This document shows positions 60,953-64,000 of a stretch of DNA of 64,000 bases, piece by piece (within the stretch, counting starts at the first letter, position 1; each line of letters begins with the position of its first letter). The notes below the pieces were generated by a model, which ran no database searches, had not been told where the DNA came from, and saw nothing but the letters and a program-made list of their open reading frames with translations. Both the position numbers and the translations under genes were made by a program. Origin of the DNA: Dimorphilus gyrociliatus (Eukaryota; Animalia; Annelida); the NCBI GenBank assembly GCA_904063045.1, contig CAJFCJ010000005.1, positions 354,003 through 418,002 on the forward strand, given 5' to 3'.

Positions 60953-61747
60953 ATGAAGTGCCTTATCCTCGTAGCAGCTCTCGTAGCCCTTTCTTACGCT
61001 AAACCAGCAGCCAGAATTGTTGGTGGAGTCGATGTTAGCCCACCAGGCAAATACCCATGGCAAGGATCTATGCAAAGTTTCTCCGACTTTCACTCTTGCG
61101 GAGCCGTCGTCGTCTCCAACAAATATGTTTTGACCGCTGCCCATTGCGTTATTAGCCAAACCCCAGCTACCAGAAAGGTTGTTTTGGGAATGCACGATAA
61201 GGACACTCGTCAACAAGGACAACCCACCGATTACAGTCTCGAAAAGATCGTTACTCACCCAACCTATGCTGCTGGACCAAGCGGAGGTTATTGGAGAAAT
61301 GATGTTGCCGTCTTGACTGTCGTTGGAACCATCACCTTCAACAACTTTGTCCAAGCTATTGGTATGGCTGATGAAAACTCTCCAGACTTTGCCGACAATG
61401 AAGATTGCATCATCTCTGGATGGGGTCGTCTCTACGGTTTGGGACCATCTCCCAACATACTTCAAGAAGCCAACATTGACGTTCTTTCCTTCGCCGAATG
61501 TCAAGCCAACAGACCAGGACAAATCCACGATTATCACATTTGCGTCGGAAAGAGAGCAACCGCTGACCAAGGAGCCTGTCAAGGAGATTCCGGTGGCCCA
61601 TTGGCTTGCCCACACAACGGAAACTGGGTTGTTGCCGGTCTTACTTCATGGGGAAATGGTTTCTGCGCCACCACCCAAGCTTCCGTCTACGCTAGAGTTG
61701 GAAACGCCGGAATCAGACAATTCATCAGAACCGAAACTGGAATGTAA
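60953..61747 (+). CDS. S1A chymotrypsin/elastase-like serine protease (lumbrokinase-like), intronless, copy 1
   Basis: Signal/propeptide, activation site R-IVGG, catalytic TAAHC, NDVA, GDSGGP. Position 189 is Gly, so not trypsin-type. 264 aa. Confidence 0.97.
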   Translation: MKCLILVAALVALSYAKPAARIVGGVDVSPPGKYPWQGSMQSFSDFHSCGAVVVSNKYVLTAAHCVISQTPATRKVVLGMHDKDTRQQGQPTDYSLEKIVTHPTYAAGPSGGYWRNDVAVLTVVGTITFNNFVQAIGMADENSPDFADNEDCIISGWGRLYGLGPSPNILQEANIDVLSFAECQANRPGQIHDYHICVGKRATADQGACQGDSGGPLACPHNGNWVVAGLTSWGNGFCATTQASVYARVGNAGIRQFIRTETGM

Positions 61748-62541
61748 TTTCTTAAATAAAAGATATTATCTTAAAATTTAACAACAAAACTCTACTTTTG
61801 TTATTTATTTCATTTTTATTATAAACCTCGCCATCGGTTTTCACACTTTCATTTAACGATTCACTCAATATTCATTACGCCCTTCAAACTCTTTCACTTT
61901 CCCCGCCTACAACTCTCTTGAAATTCGCTTGAAACATTGTCTTCCCAGTTCAGACAACGCAATCTATTATTATATACCGTCTAACGGCGAAGACTACGAT
62001 TTCTTCTTAATCCTTAGTCAACAGCAAATTCAATAACTTGAAAACTTATTAACAGTGCAATAGGAAAAATCGTGGAATTTTGTCTTAGAAAAGGTCAGAT
62101 GCTGATAAAAATATTCTGATGAATGAAATTTTACTAAGCGTTCTCAAAGTTTTTTTTTGTAACTATTTGTAGTTTTTCTAGCAAAATAATCGAAAAACTT
62201 CGCAAATAGTAATGAAAAGGTAAACTCTCTAAGCAAAGCTCGCAAAAAACTTTTATCAATTTCTTGAACACATTAACTAATAGTTAAGGCTGGAGAGACC
62301 TACATTTTATGCCTAATTATTGGTCTTTAGTTAGCCTCAATCTGTAACTGTAGGTGAGAGAAACCGATTCGCAGGAAACAATTCGATGAATTAATTGTGT
62401 AGTCAATAAGAATGAAAGCAATTGGCCGAAAGTAAATTACGATATGATTTTAGAAAAGCAATTTCAATGTCAGAATAAATATAAGACGAAAACTCTGAGT
62501 TTTATTGTTAAATTTTATGAAAAGATATTTTATTTAAGAAT

Positions 62542-63336
62542 TTACATTCCAGTTTCGGTTCTGATGAATTGTCTGATTCCGGCGAATCCGACTTTGGCGT
62601 AGACGGAAGCTTGGGTGGTGGCGCAGAAACCATTTCCCCATGAAGTAAGACCGGCAACAACCCAGTTTCCGTTGTGTGGGCAAGCCAATGGGCCACCGGA
62701 ATCTCCTTGACAGGCTCCTTGGTCAGCGGTTGCTCTCTTTCCGACGCAAATGTGATAATCGTGGATTTGTCCTGGTCTGTTGGCTTGACATTCGGCGAAG
62801 GAAAGAACGTCAATGTTGGCTTCTTGAAGTATGTTGGGAGATGGTCCCAAACCGTAGAGACGACCCCATCCAGAGATGATGCAATCTTCATTGTCGGCAA
62901 AGTCTGGAGAGTTTTCATCAGCCATACCAATAGCTTGGACAAAGTTGTTGAAGGTGATGGTTCCAACGACAGTCAAGACGGCAGCATCATTTCTCCAATA
63001 ACCTCCGCTTGGTCCAGCGGCATAGTCTGGGTGAGAAGCGATCTTTTCGAGACTGTAATCGGTGGGTTGTCCTTGTTGACGGGTGTCCTTATCGTGCATT
63101 CCTAAAACAACCTTTCTGGTAGATGGACTTTGGTTGGTAACACAATGAGCAGCGGTCAAAACATATTTGTTGGAGATGACGACGGCTCCGCAAGTGTGAA
63201 AGTTGGACAAACTTTGAAGAGATCCTTGCCATGGGTATTTGCCAGGGGGACTGACATCAATACCACCAACAATCTTGGCTGCTGGTTTGGCGTAAGAAAG
63301 GGCTACGAGAGCTGCTATGAGGATAAGGCACTTCAT
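62542..63336 (-). CDS. S1A serine protease copy 2, inverted (tail-to-tail) duplicate
   Basis: K-IVGG, TAAHC, NDAA, GDSGGP. Same 795-nt length as copy 1, with 18 amino-acid differences. Confidence 0.97.
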   Translation of the reverse strand: MKCLILIAALVALSYAKPAAKIVGGIDVSPPGKYPWQGSLQSLSNFHTCGAVVISNKYVLTAAHCVTNQSPSTRKVVLGMHDKDTRQQGQPTDYSLEKIASHPDYAAGPSGGYWRNDAAVLTVVGTITFNNFVQAIGMADENSPDFADNEDCIISGWGRLYGLGPSPNILQEANIDVLSFAECQANRPGQIHDYHICVGKRATADQGACQGDSGGPLACPHNGNWVVAGLTSWGNGFCATTQASVYAKVGFAGIRQFIRTETGM

Positions 63337-63371
63337 GTTGGAAATGATGATTGTTAGTGAATTTGTTCCTC

Positions 63372-63379
63372 CTTTTATA
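63372..63379 (-). promoter_or_regulatory. TATA box of protease copy 2
   Basis: TATAAAAGGAG on the minus strand at a similar distance from the ATG as in copy 1. Confidence 0.7.
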
Positions 63380-64000
63380 TAAAAGTTGTTGTTATTAGGT
63401 ATGGTATTTCTGAAAGATATCAGCATTTTTTTTTACATATGATATAATTCAAGTAATCATTTGATATATCTACAGGAATATAAGGCATGAACTGCAAATA
63501 CAGATAAAGTGGTTTTGTTATACGTATCATGTTCGATAGATAGCCATTTTTATGAAAGAAAAGTAAACGAGTTAGCTAAATAGAAGAAGATATGTTTTTT
63601 TAATTATCACAATCTGGTTAAATTGAATTCAAGCCCTTCGTACATACATTGCTAAGTATTGGTACTTAAAAGATAAGATTTAAATGAAATGAATTAGCTA
63701 TCTCCCGAATATTCATTATGTTTCTATCTTGTTTTAAGTGTCTTAACGAAAACTAGAATGTTTTAAATTCACTCTGAAAGATGAAATAAAGAAAAACATG
63801 AAGTAAATTTTGCCCAGGTTGTTAATGTTGCAAGATTTCTAATTTTCCTTTGTATTCCGAAACAGTTAATGATCTTAGTTTTCTTTGGTGGTAACAGGTC
63901 AAAACATATAATATGAAGGAATAAGGAATAAGTATTATAGCGCAAAATATATATAAGTCTTCTTACAATTATTTCTATTGAAACTGTTTAAAACATATAG

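Noticed and set aside
60929-63357. Long overlapping and antisense ORFs on both protease copies (228, 152, 143 aa and others)
   Set aside because: Expected from GC-rich biased codon usage; their identity between copies merely reflects the converted tract.
1-64000. Search for an intact transposon or endogenous virus
   Set aside because: No transposase, reverse transcriptase, integrase or capsid ORF, and no convincing TIR/LTR pair with target-site duplication was seen.

Overview
AT-rich eukaryotic (animal) genomic DNA with very short introns (mostly about 50-80 nt) and tightly packed genes. The compact structure and lumbrokinase-like proteases suggest a miniaturised annelid genome such as Dimorphilus (inference, not verified). 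The window is dominated by locally duplicated, diverged genes. These are three pairs of secreted multidomain lectin-like genes (F5/8C/fucolectin-like, PAN, EGF modules), two further PAN genes, three ZYG11/ZER1-like LRR genes, an intronless 1556-aa NACHT-LRR (NLR), two CD225/dispanin genes, and an inverted pair of intronless serine proteases. It also holds a 9xEGF-MAM protein, a rhodopsin-class peptide GPCR, a MAM-MAM-collagen-EGF type I membrane protein, a degenerate ITIH-like ORF and six tRNA genes (Phe, Asp, 4x Ala). No CRISPR array, rRNA or intact transposon was seen. The best leads are: (1) the type I transmembrane collagen; (2) an ITIH-like protein lacking the vWA domain and the DPH cleavage site; (3) a gene whose -1 frame break falls on a G_GGA_AAG slippery heptamer; (4) the NLR / ZYG11-like / dispanin cluster as a possible cell-autonomous defence locus; (5) EGF repeats with long variable loops and out-of-register introns. 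Exon structures were assembled by hand and domain calls are by motif recognition only.
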